The notes beneath the pieces are model-generated. The model was not told the origin of the DNA. It worked only from the letters and a program-made list of their open reading frames with translations, and made no database searches. A stretch of DNA of 56,882 bases, the filler included, from Circinaria calcarea (lineage: Eukaryota): the NCBI GenBank assembly GCA_051942165.1. It is 4 parts of 4 records of this genome, joined end to end, with 100 filler letters (N's around TTAATTAATTAA, not from the genome) between each part and the next. Parts side by side here need not be neighbours in the genome. Positions count along the whole stretch, not along the records: positions 14,281 to 28,431 come from JAVECS010000452.1; positions 28,532 to 42,679 come from JAVECS010000453.1; 2 more parts are not named here. One strand, given 5' to 3'. This document shows, one piece after another, positions 23,829-35,201 of this stretch; position 1 is the first letter of the stretch, and each line of letters opens with the position of its first letter. A program made the translations under genes and the position numbers.

Positions 23829-26800
23829 GGTCTCTCAAGCGAACAGAACAATTAGCTAGAAGGCGATGGGAAGAGAGGAATTTGCCGTGCATTCGACCGG
23901 AAATCATAGAGTGCCATATCAGATCCGTGTTGATCTTTTGGAGGAGGCGGCAAGCTTAACTCTTCCCCTGGAGAGCCGGAATTCTAGCTTTTAAGTACTG
24001 GAAGGCAGGGAACTGATCGAAGTGATGTATGAGGCATTCCGTTGATCTCCCAGCGCTTGATAGTGCAAGCCCATTACTCTTCCACAAGGGTTTGTTTTCT
24101 GGATAGCCTGTGCCGTCGAAGGAGATTGGAACTAGGAAGCAACATGAACAGTGAAGATTTTTCTGCGCCCAATTGCTGTTATTGATAGTAGAGTAGCTTA
24201 TGCCATAACTAAAGCCGAACTCTAGTCGCGGATCAATTTCATGAATCCACGAGAACGTGCTTAGCGTAGCGAATTTCCCAAAACTTGACTTGGCTTTCAT
24301 CTTACCCCACCCATCTGCGATACCACCGTTCCTCTTGCCTTACAACAACGCCTAAGCCGTAAATCAGACAAACAAGTGGCGTCGTCTTCGCTTTGCCTTA
24401 GGTATTCAGTAACAAACCCGTGCATATTTTGAATTATCACCTACTCGGCGATGTGCTCTGAATCCGCGATTCCTCTCATCTTCTCACTTCCGTTAGCGGA
24501 GTGCTCCAAGTCCATCATCCTAGGTCACGAAAAACTATAATAAGTCTGAAGAAATCAGCTCGTACTAGAAGATGCAGAGAGAAAGCTGCACCACCAAGTG
24601 TAATATCGGTGTATTGACTACGCGTTACACTTCGCTGCCATTCCAACAAGCACCGCAGCTCCCATTCAACCTTTCCCTACCTGTAAATTCGACACTCTGC
24701 ATGCCATCATCTTCTCTGTAACCTGATATTCTCTGTGATAGATGCAACCACATACTTTGAAGTATCATCCACTTTGCGAAGTGCTCGCCGATAACGATCA
24801 TTAGTATTCAGCACTAGCACCTGGTAAAATTCAATCCTGTAGCCTGCCGACTAACTATGAGCTTAGTGCTGAGAACATTGAAGAAAAAGATGGGCTTCTT
24901 GAAGAGCTGGACTAGAAGTATGGAATCAAGCCTGAAGAGCCCACAATGCCAGCAGTAATCAAAAAGAGAAATGCTCCAGTGCAAAAGACATAAAGCAGAC
25001 TCGGCGGTCGCCTCGTATATATAAATGCAAGAATCCTCCGCATGATGACAATTCGTATGAAGGAGCGGTACTGGAAAGGGTTTACCAAGAACAAGAAATG
25101 TTAGACTAAAGAGCGTGTCATCTCTGGAGCCGCCCTTGTGCAGGAGCGTAGCATTCTAAACACCTTGTACGGCAAGAAATCTAATGAGGAATTTGAAAGA
25201 CGCCGGATTGATATGTATAACGCAAATAGAATGGCACCCAATAGGGTCGAAAATTGGTGAATTGTTCATGAGCAGGATCAAGTTGCATGAGAATCTCATC
25301 TACCGAGGCTACCAGCATGGGATCCTTGGAGACGAGGGTGAGGGCATACTCGATCGTCTTGTCAAACAGATACGAGGACAATGATAATCAGGGAGGTTCT
25401 TTTCTCTTTACTGGTGAAGGCAGCTTTGATCGTCGAAGAAAAGGTAAGTAGACGAGTTCGAGGATAGGTAGTTATCTCTTTCCCTACTCTTCCCAAGCAT
25501 TGAAGGTGCTAACCAATCCTTTGGGCAGCTGGAATGAGTCGTGCACAGGCTAGGAAGGCAGCGCTGCTCTTCTTGCCTCCTGTAGCACTGGGAGCCCTAT
25601 TAGAGTAGTCCGAGGATGCAAAATAAGTGGCCTGGATCACCCACGGAAGGTTGTCGTTACAACGGGTTAGGTGAAACTCGTACCCACCACTTTGCAGCAC
25701 TGACTGATGATGATGGGAGTTGCACCAAGTCATCGAAGTTTGGGAGAAGTGTGGCGACATGGCACCTTCCAGTTCAGGTTCGAACGCCTTCCAGGAAAAC
25801 CGGAACTGATAATCCCCGATGACCCAGACACAAGCGAACTCATCCAATAAGATCAGCCCTCCGAGTCCACCAATCTCCCAACTGTGCAAAATGGTATCGA
25901 TGATGTATGAAGAGCGTGTTTGGATTTTCCGGTCGCAAAGTCGATGGCGGAGTGATACTTCTAGAAAGATACAGGACACTCAAAGATGATGTGCAGACAA
26001 GAGAAATAAAGCAATACTTAGCGGGATGGAGAGTTTTTGTAAGTGAGAGTCATCTACCTTCGATGATGTATGGCTGGATGCTATGACAAAGGCCAGGGTT
26101 ATCGGATACAGAGAACAGCGCAATAGTGGACGGGACAAAAAAGATGGCAGCATGGTATGAATTGGTATGATGCTGTGCTCTCATGGTCAAGGAAGGATGA
26201 ATGAGGGTCAACTTGGATGTCGCAGGATGGAATGAGAGGACGGGCAACTAATACTGAAAGTCTAATGTGCAACAAATGAAGTCTTGAGAAGGTTGAGTGC
26301 GTCCGATCATTACGCTAGCCCAAGATCGTTAGATAGGGCGTAGCGAATACCAATGCCTTCGTCTTCTACCTTCTACTGCCGAGTTTGCCCTGACTATTCT
26401 CTTCATGGTGAAGATGATTCTGTGAACGTCCAGCTCGCTTTTTATTCCATACCAACACTCCTTTGCTTTGCTCCCTCACCACTCCAGACACCCCTTTGCT
26501 CCTTTGCTTCTTGGCTTCTTGCAGGCCAGCTCTTTTAGGAACCATTGTTCATTTAGACAACAGCAGAGACAAGGACCAAAATACAGAGGACATACATAAA
26601 AGCCTAGATATCAACAGTCTGTGTATTTTGGAAAGATAGATTTGTCGATCAAGATGAACGCTTCAGATAGGTTAGTCACACAAACATCTGAGACATCCTC
26701 TTTTGCTTTCTTGCACACCAAAGATATGGACACGTCCTTTACAACCAACCTCGGAAAAAGGAAGGAAGAGGGACAAAATCACCGTTGTCGTCATAGGGCT

Positions 26801-27000
26801 GAGTGCTGTCTACTTCTGCTCTCACTTTTTGTGACGATGGTCCGACTAGCTCCGTATTTTTCATAGTATTAACCCTGATGCTTGGTTTCACATATCCACC
26901 TTCACTGTTCATCATTCACCCGCACTCACACTTCTCCCATCACCTACACTCCACCTTTACAGCTCAAATTTGCCTCACAAACCAATTGCAAACCGTCAAG

Positions 27001-28013
27001 ATGTCTGGTCCAAGCAACCAGTACACCACGCTCTCACTGGAGGAAGCAGAACGTCAGCTTCAGGACAGCATGCAAAGCCAGGCCTCCAGCCCCACTAGGA
27101 TGCTTTCAAGCTCCGATTTGAGGCGACAGTCACCTACAGCCTCGTCTGCTCCAGCTGCATTTGTGTACCCTGAGAACACCACGGAGCATCCCGCTCTCGA
27201 GCCTCTGCATGGCCACCCTTACCGCACCGTGCATCCTTCAATCAACATGTTGCCTGAACATAGCCGTGACCATGACAAGGGGCATCAAGATAACGTTCCT
27301 CCTAGATTCGAGCTCTTCCTGCTTGCCGATGGCGAAAAGAAGGTTGTCGAGACGCCGGATACTCGTGAGTTGCATCCGTTTCAACTTCAGCTACCCACCT
27401 TCATCGAGGACATTACATTGACCTTCTCCGTCAGGGATCGCCTCTACTTCCATCTTCGTCTTCAACAAAGAGGACCATACCTTGGGCAACATGGTCCGCT
27501 CTCGCCTCCTGAAATCTCCTCATGTCAAATTCGCTGGTTATCGTGTACCTCATCCGTTATTCAGGTAAGCTCACGAACAGGTCACTTTGATTCATAGTCA
27601 TACCCAGCACCACTATCCACTTCCACTCCTAACCACGTCACCTTCCTTCCTATGTCTCGCTCCTGTACCTCAACTCAATTCCTCCACTTTGCGTCTGAGC
27701 AAGCCTACATCCACTACACCATCCATCCAAAAATGTCCATCTACCTTATTCATGTCCCCACGACACACTAATGTCACTTCACCCTCAAACTCCTTCTCCT
27801 TCGTTCACTAACACAACTCTCCCACTCCCCAGTACATTTGAGCTCCGCCTCCAAACCGACGGTACCATCACCCCCCGCGCCGCCCTCGTCCAAGCGTGCC
27901 GCGATCTCGTCAACGACCTCGGCACCCTGAGCCGCGAGTTCACCAAGGAATGGGAATTGCGCAAGCTGGCCAGTGCTGGGCAGGCAGAGGGTGTCAATGG
28001 AGCTGGGAACTAG
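27001..28013 (+). CDS. RPB11: RNA polymerase II subunit Rpb11 with long N-terminal extension; introns 27365-27434, 27565-27832
   Basis: [58 protein letters not shown]. Start inferred from GTCAAGATG context. Confidence 0.93.
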
Positions 28014-28431
28014 ATGGATAGTGAGGCCAGTAGGATAAGAGGGGAGCAGGGGTAAGAGGCTGTCTCCACGGCGCATGATGTGACAAAATGGCGAATTGGG
28101 CGAAATGTGGCGCACCTGGTGGCTTCTTCCTCCTTTCCTTGCTCGTTGCTCCTGCTCGTTACTCTTGCTGTCTACCCATACCCACCCAGACCAGATAGAC
28201 GCATACGCCTTCTATACCTGCAAAAAATCTCGGACATGAAACCGAAAGAAAGAAATCCCCAGAAATCTCTCCCGGATTGGTTGGTGTCGGGAAACCTGCC
28301 CCAATATAAAATAGGTCTTTACCTAGTGACCAATATCCTACAAAACCCCCCCCCCCTCACTTGCCAACCGAAAATTCAACACCCAACACCCAATGACCCA
28401 GTAACAGTAACCCAGTAACCCAGTAACCCAG

Positions 28432-28531
28432 NNNNNNNNNNNNNNNNNNNNNNNNNNNNNNNNNNNNNNNNNNNNTTAATTAATTAANNNNNNNNNNNNN
28501 NNNNNNNNNNNNNNNNNNNNNNNNNNNNNNN
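28432..28531. other. Artificial contig linker
   Basis: 100-nt N run with TTAATTAATTAA. Confidence 0.98.
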
Positions 28532-29209
28532 GCATACCCAGCACCGCACCCATGCCCAGTAAAGAGTAGATCTGATCTTCTTCGAGCTTTGTGTTGCGGT
28601 GCTTCGCCCAGGACATCCGCTCCTCGATACTAAAATTAGATAGCGCGTCGCCATGAAGGGCATTTCTCGCAAGGGTTGTAATATCATGGATTATCGCTTC
28701 CAGCCCAGACTTCGTCCCAAGTCGTTCGCCTTCCGAGCTGAAGAAGTCCACTAGAGCTGGTGCGACTAGCTCTTGAAGAGTCCAGCCCCTACTAAACCAT
28801 CGACTGCTACAAAGCTCGTATTCCCACCCAGTAGCTAACTGCGCATGCTGTCCTTTACTACCCCGGACCGACACATCCGAAAAATAGACATAGCACCGTG
28901 CAGCCCCCTAATACCAACGGAACATGGAATTGATGACTTCGGCAAGCTCCACGGCATTTCTCTTATCAATGCAGCAAGTGTTTATCCAGAACCATCTGAG
29001 GCCATCTGCTGCAGCCTTGTCCGTACAAAAACTAATTTTCTTGTAGCCAATCCTGCTCTTAGCCGTACCGGCTTCTAAGTCTTGAAAGCTAACCTCCTGC
29101 TACTGTCTATCGCCCACGTGTGGGAAAGTATAGTATATGCAGGGACCTCAAAGTTGGTAAATTCTCGAAGGGTGAGTCTATCGTTGGCTTCGCGTTTTAG
29201 TAGTCGCAT
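28532..29209 (-). pseudogene. HET-domain gene (HET-E-like N-terminus), disrupted and truncated by the contig edge
   Basis: MRLLK...PAYTILSHTW, frameshift near 29100, then EVSFQDL..GYKKI..WFWINTCCIDK..INSMFRWY*, in-frame TAG at 28910-28908, then ARCYVYFSDV, SRWFSRGWTLQELVAP, EERMSWA..RNTKLEEDQIYSLLG. Confidence 0.9.
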
Positions 29210-29838
29210 CGCGAAGTATGACTATATAGGGACAGGTCTTTATATAGGAGGCCCGATTCTGGGAGGCTCGTTGTAAGGGTCTCTACCGGAGAACCCCTAC
29301 GAACCCTATGGGTGAACTATACACCGAGGTCACGAGGTGTTGGCTTAGCGAAGCGTTACACCAGAATTCTTTAGCAATAATTCATACGCTTATGCGAACC
29401 TATTGAGCTCATTATCACACAGTTTACCGACCCTTATCGTAAGATCATCATATTATTTGTAGAAGATCTTTACAAATTAAGCAAGTACTACCTACGCAGC
29501 AAATTAACCAGTGTTGCTGCCCACGCCGCTCTAAGACCAATTTAAATTCTTCGTTTCGTAGAGCTTGCCCCTCTCATGGTACAAGACCAAGATTCAGAAG
29601 GCCGAACGCGACGTTTATTAGCTTTAAAAATAATTATTCAAATCAGAGGCAATATAAGAACGTCTGAAGAATAAAAATCTAATTTCGTTTTAAAAAGGTG
29701 TATAATAACTCACAGAGGTATGTATTAAATATGTTACTATATACATAATAGAAAGTTGAGCTGTGATAGTAAAACGAGGCTAAACCACGAGGGTCTGTAA
29801 TAAGCTTCAATGTTTTGCAATCGTTTGGCGTGAGGGTA

Positions 29839-31130
29839 TTATATAATTGTGATGAGCTGCTTCAGCGCAGAATAGAATGTTTTATATATGTTTTCACCCG
29901 AGAAACCAAAGCTACCTATACGCTCATAACAACATTGGTTCGATCCGGATTTCAAACGCCGAAGAGCCAAATCCCAGACCGTCTTATTCCGATATAACTC
30001 AGAAATTGTCATATAGAAGGTTTCAAGTCGTTGATCGATCTGGTCGTCCGGATCAAAACCAACATCGGGCTCTTCCGTCAACGGTACGTTGATCCGTATT
30101 AATCCAGATTTAACCAGTCCAGTTGGGGTTCCGTCAATGGTTTCAATCTCCGCATCTTCGACAAAAGCGAGGTGAGTATCCCCCAGCACGTCGTAGTCTC
30201 TCTCGTAGTCATACGAGATTCTGCCCTCAACAGAGGCCCAGGACCATGTGGGCGCTCGATACTCTTTAGGCGGAAAGGATGGCCGAGAATTCACTTGTTC
30301 TTCCCGTTTCCAACAAAGCTCATACTCAATGGTGGATTTAACATTCCGCATGCCTGCAATGTACTGAAGCTTAGTCTTACACTGGATCACAGAAGCTAAA
30401 CAAGCTATTGCAGCAAGCCTCTCCTTTTCAAAAGTTAAAGACCGGCTTGTGTAGTCCAGAATGGTGGTTCTCCAAAATACGCAGAATCCATGCCAGGGGC
30501 TAATAATCGGGGGAGTCGGAAAGTGTATGGGATCTTGCGAAGCAATCCACCCTTTCAAGAAGTGGAGCGAGCGTGGTGTGAGCGAGCGACTCAAAAGATC
30601 GTCGCCTCTGCGGAGATCCGGCATCCCTTTTGGAAACATTTCAGAAGCTTCCTGCGTTCGGCACGCCCAATGAACCTGAGTTTCGCTATATATAAGTGTG
30701 TCTCTGGCTAGCAATTATTCCTGAAGGACCCAACCTCTTCCCAGAAGTGGGCATCAGACAAGTCGCTGTCCCGGTGAACTGAACTATCAATCAAAAGGAT
30801 GCAAGCGGGCCGTCCTTGTGCCACTCCACAGTCACAGGCAAAGGTTTTATTGCTTCCTCGCTCCGGGAAAAGAAGAGATGGCCATATGCATCTGCAGCAT
30901 GCGCGGCCTCGATGTTGCACAAGGAATCTCTGTACACCTGTCCCATCATAGGTGTTTCGCGACTCCGGTCAAGCTCCTGATCCTGAATGATACACAATCA
31001 GCCAATCCATAGATATCTAGTACCCCATTCTCTGCAGCGGTCACCGCATCTTGATACAATGTCGGCAACTCGGAGATGGCTAACCCATTTCGCATGCCGT
31101 CGATAGTAGCTGCCGTAAGCGTTATGTTCC
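29839..31130 (-). pseudogene. HET-domain gene (TOL/PIN-C-like), 5'-truncated, multiple stops and frameshifts
   Basis: LPTLYQDAV / RYLWIG*LCIIQD..MGQVY..SLCNIEA / RGWVLQE*LLARDTL..QVHWAC, then YTSRSLTFEKERLAAIA and YRAPTWSWASVEG. Stops at 31000-30998 and 30717-30715; at least three frame changes. Confidence 0.88.
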
Positions 31131-31586
31131 ACGAGACACAGCCGCGCTGTAAACACTTGCTCTGTAAAATTAACTGCATCAATTATTCTAAAGACAAGAA
31201 ATTTAAAGGTTTGCTTAGTATAAACTATTCAATCGGATAGTGAAATCAATGTATGACTCTTGAGACGCCCCAGGTCTCGGCTGTTTAGGGCGTGTATCAT
31301 GGACTTTCGTTTGAGATAAAGACTCAGCAGGTGAAATTAATTGCAGATAATTAAACTGAGATGTTTGCGGTATGGGAAAGAGGCATATAGATCTATATCT
31401 CTATCTAGGTATTCAAGATGCTTTAGCTATATATAAATGTGAAACGCTTTTGTGCCCCAATACCAAGAGCCCGATCAAAAATCCAACAACACCTTCGCTA
31501 TGCTGTACTTCACTAAGCTCGCATATCCAAAAGTAAATTTTAAGCCGTGACATCGGTACCCTTGATCCTTACCTTAGCTTATTGAC

Positions 31587-32797
31587 TCAGTCCACCCTTC
31601 CAGCTTCCCTCCCCCTGTACATCCAGAACTGTACGAAAATACCCAGGTCAAGGAGTAAGGTCCCGGCACTACCAGCTAGCCAGCTAGCATTCATAAGTAT
31701 ATATCGTCCATACTCCCTGCTCCACTCCCCCTCGGCACAGAGCGTCCCGCTCATAAGTGTCTTCAGTGAGCGCAGAGGACTTGCCGCACCGTTCCCTTTG
31801 GCGCAGCTAGGCTCATAGGCGAAGATACTCAGGACGTAGGTTAGGTTTCCAACACAGGCGAAGAGAAAGAAGAGCATGCTGACACCCTCGGTACTCTTTC
31901 GGCGGTAGTTGAGGAGGAGTTGCGGGATGCGGGAGCCAAGGTAGAGTGCTGCACAAAGGTAGCCAAAGACCTGGCCCCAGAGGTCAAAGGAGACATCCGT
32001 CTCCTCTGATGTTATATAATCACCGCTTGAGCGGTGATTCTCATGCCGATACATTTGAGGACCTCGATAAGCTGATCGGGAGTTGCGCATGGAAAGCCAC
32101 CAGCCGAATACCCCAGCTGTACATACTAAAAGGAGCGCGCTGACATTGAACAGTATAGATGCGAGGATTGATCCCGGCTTTAGATTTCGAGCTGCAGGTG
32201 GATCCTTGGCTGATGGAGCTGAGATTAGGGGCGTAACGGGTGACAGGTGGGTGCCGTCTACGTTGGTAAGGCGAGTACGGAGAGACGAAGTAGCGCTTGA
32301 GCGCCTCTGGTGGTCGTTAACACTGGCGTTGAGGCGTGAGTCGTTCTGCATTTGGTCGTCGGTACAGAGAAGAGGTGATTCTTCCGTGGCCTCTTCATCA
32401 AGCCGAGCGGGCGGGGCGGATTTCGCCGGTGCGTCAGATAGAGTGAAACCGCGGTAGTAGAAGCATTGGCCAAGAAGGATCATGTCCGCGAAAGTATAAT
32501 AAACGGCTAGGATTGTCATGGTGGGTAAGACCCCTTGGAGGAGTGCCCCGAGAATATTGAAGACATCGCCCAGGAGCCAGACGGTGACGAATATCACCGA
32601 GAGGCCGTCGGCGGAGGAGCGGCGGAAATTTTCGATGATTTGGGGTGAGAAGACGACAACCCAGCAGGCAATTGAGACGGATCTGCCATATCATTGTCAG
32701 CGCCTGTAGGCCGGTGGCGAGTCAGAGGGACGACTTGCCCACAAATGCCACTAATAGCCTCAACGTCTAGCCGGAAGCCCTGAGATGGTGGAAACAT
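31587..32797 (-). CDS. YPQ1: Vacuolar PQ-loop cationic amino-acid transporter (Ypq1/Rtc2/PQLC2 family); GC-AG intron 32683-32738
   Basis: SGICG|SVSIACWVVVFSPQIIENFRRSSADGLS and second loop YLGSRIPQLLLNYRRKSTEGVS; EESPLL dileucine signal; WLAGSAGTLLLD. Exact paralogue uncertain. Confidence 0.9.
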
Positions 32798-33291
32798 GCT
32801 GTTGCAGTACAAACGAACTTCCAAATATCCGTTGTATGAGAAATAGGATTGAACATCGATTCGTGAAATCGTCGGGACAAAATTCGAATTTTGCATTCGT
32901 GTTCTAACATTCCGACCAGTTGGTCATTGGCCAATTGGAAAGTTAGCGCCCGCTGTATGACGTCGACAGCCCCTCAATGGTGTGTGGGGAAGCGCTAAGG
33001 CGTAGATCCGGGGTATTCTTGAAGCTAACGGAATTAGGAAAATACTGTGAGATACTTCGTATGCGAGTATATCGACATGGCCGAGCCCTTGCGGGTCTTG
33101 CATCATCAGCTCCCTAAGGTGAAGTACCTAGCTCTCCAAGATGCAGAAGATGTATTACAATAATATACAGGTTTTGGAAGAGATTCGACCAGGCACGCTT
33201 CAGCCACCTAACGCCATCGCCTGGGGTATCCATCCAGATCCATCCATATGGTCCATGCAAAACCGATAGAGTACATGCATTCGATACTGTA

Positions 33292-34449
33292 CTACCGATA
33301 GTGTTGATTTGTCTCCTCGCCGTTCGCTGTTACGTTCGGCTCTTGCTGTTCGCCATCACCAAGTCGGTCAGTCCGATCCCGGGTACTGGTAGCAGAGCTA
33401 TCAAGTTTCATAAAGTCCTCTCGGGCCGTGGCAATGTTGATCCTTGTGCAATTCAGCTCCGCTTCTCCTGGCGGGAGCACCGCCAGGACGAATGTATTGT
33501 TGGTCAGCCTAGCAATGACGAGGTTGAATCGTGGTGTCTTGATGAAGAACTCGTGGAATTGGTGAGAAGAGGTTGATGAGGAGGTGAAAATACTAAAGCC
33601 GTTAATCGATGCCGAGAAGTAGATAGATACGGTAGAGATTTACATACGCCAGAGAATGCTTGAAGGTCTTGACAATGTTTGACAGCCGTTCGTAGCGATC
33701 CGCATAGGGGTTTTGGTTTCCAGTACTGGTTGTGACGGACATGACCGTCAGGAAAGTGGTTCGCTCAAACAGGATCACCTCCTCGGCTTCAATCACGCCC
33801 GCAAGATGTTCCAGGTAGCCCTCGATGATATCCAAATTTGGTATAAGACTGTTCACTATCTGCCCCCAGGCCTTGTATAGAGACTGGTCCCAGATGGTCG
33901 TCGCAAACGACCGGACCTTCTTGCTAAACTTTCCCGATCGTGCTATGATGGCACCCTCCCTTTCTCCGAAGAGGCTATCCCGGTACTCATTCTGCACCAA
34001 GTCCATCTTATGCACCAGGCAGAAGACTTTTGCATGAGCCGAGTAGCCTTCGAGCGCCTTGATGACTGCGGAGTAGGTTGTTAGATCTCTCTCGAACTCG
34101 CGAGACTCGATGTCGAAGACATAGATCAGGACGCCCACTTCCGAGAAAACGTAGGACTTTTGCGAGGTGAGGTAATTTTCTGTAAAGGCATCCTGTCTGT
34201 AATCACATCAGCAAGGGACGGTGGAATTGACGAAGCCAGAACCTACCCACCACAGTCCCACAGATTAAGCACCAGGTTGCCTAGGAACTTGACACGACTG
34301 TGCTCGACATCAATGGTTGCTCCCAGCCGTCGGACATCCTTGGCGACGTAATTGCTAAAGATGATGTTTCGCATGGACGACTTCCCGGAGCCACTCTTGC
34401 CCATCAACAGGACCTTCTGTTTCGACTCTTTGAGCTTCGACTTCTCCAT
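33292..34449 (-). CDS. GTR1: Rag GTPase Gtr1 (RagA/B); introns 34197-34246, 33593-33647
   Basis: [73 protein letters not shown]. Confidence 0.96.
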
Positions 34450-35201
34450 GATTGCATGAGACTTCTGTTTGTCTCTTGCCGGAACTGCATTGAACAGTGG
34501 GGACTTATACTACCACAACCTTTACGGGAGATTATCGATATCTTCAGACTGGAGATCAATTGACACTTGAGAGGAAATAAGCCTCAGTGCACTATTGTGA
34601 TGACCCCCCACCGCCTCGCCAAGCCTACCCGAGACGGACTGAGGCTTACTGCTTTTCGGCTCTTTCGGCCGGGGGCCGGCATCACCAAATCAACTCTGGG
34701 GGGAAAGCAGCGAGCAATCAGAGCAACCATCCAAAACATCTTACGGTAGTATCTTGGTTAACGCCTATTCGAGCTTCACAAGACGACATTGATGAATATC
34801 TAACACTGCCAACATGTATAGACAGTAGAAGACCCCGTTTCTACCTCTTCTATGCCGGTAGAATATGCTCCAGAGCAACTCCCTTGATGACTTGGTCTGA
34901 ACCTTCAGAACGACCATGTCCATCTCTGCTCCGGTTGGATGGTCGTCGAGTTTTTATTACTCTCTCTCTCAAGTCACTCTTTGGAATTCCGTTCCTACAT
35001 GCCTTTTTCCAGTTCTACACACTCGATTCTCATCTCCAATTGTGGTTCCTGTATCTAACCTAGTTCAGCAAAGGCGAGTTGCCTTGACTAGTTTTCTACT
35101 GAACCGGAGAGCTTAGGAGGTAAGTCCTGGACAGCCCGAGAGAATCTGGGCCGTTCCGGTTCCTCCTCGGGTGTGTCGAACTGCATTCACCTTGTGCCTA
35201 G

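Noticed and set aside
26803..27000. Further upstream in-frame extension of RPB11 (GTG 26803, ATG 26878)
   Set aside because: C/T/A-rich sequence typical of a fungal 5' UTR or core promoter; ATG 27001 has the better start context.
28397..28431. (CCCAGTAA)n at a contig end as a variant telomere
   Set aside because: The C-rich strand points toward the end (wrong polarity), only about four units; a microsatellite that broke the assembly.
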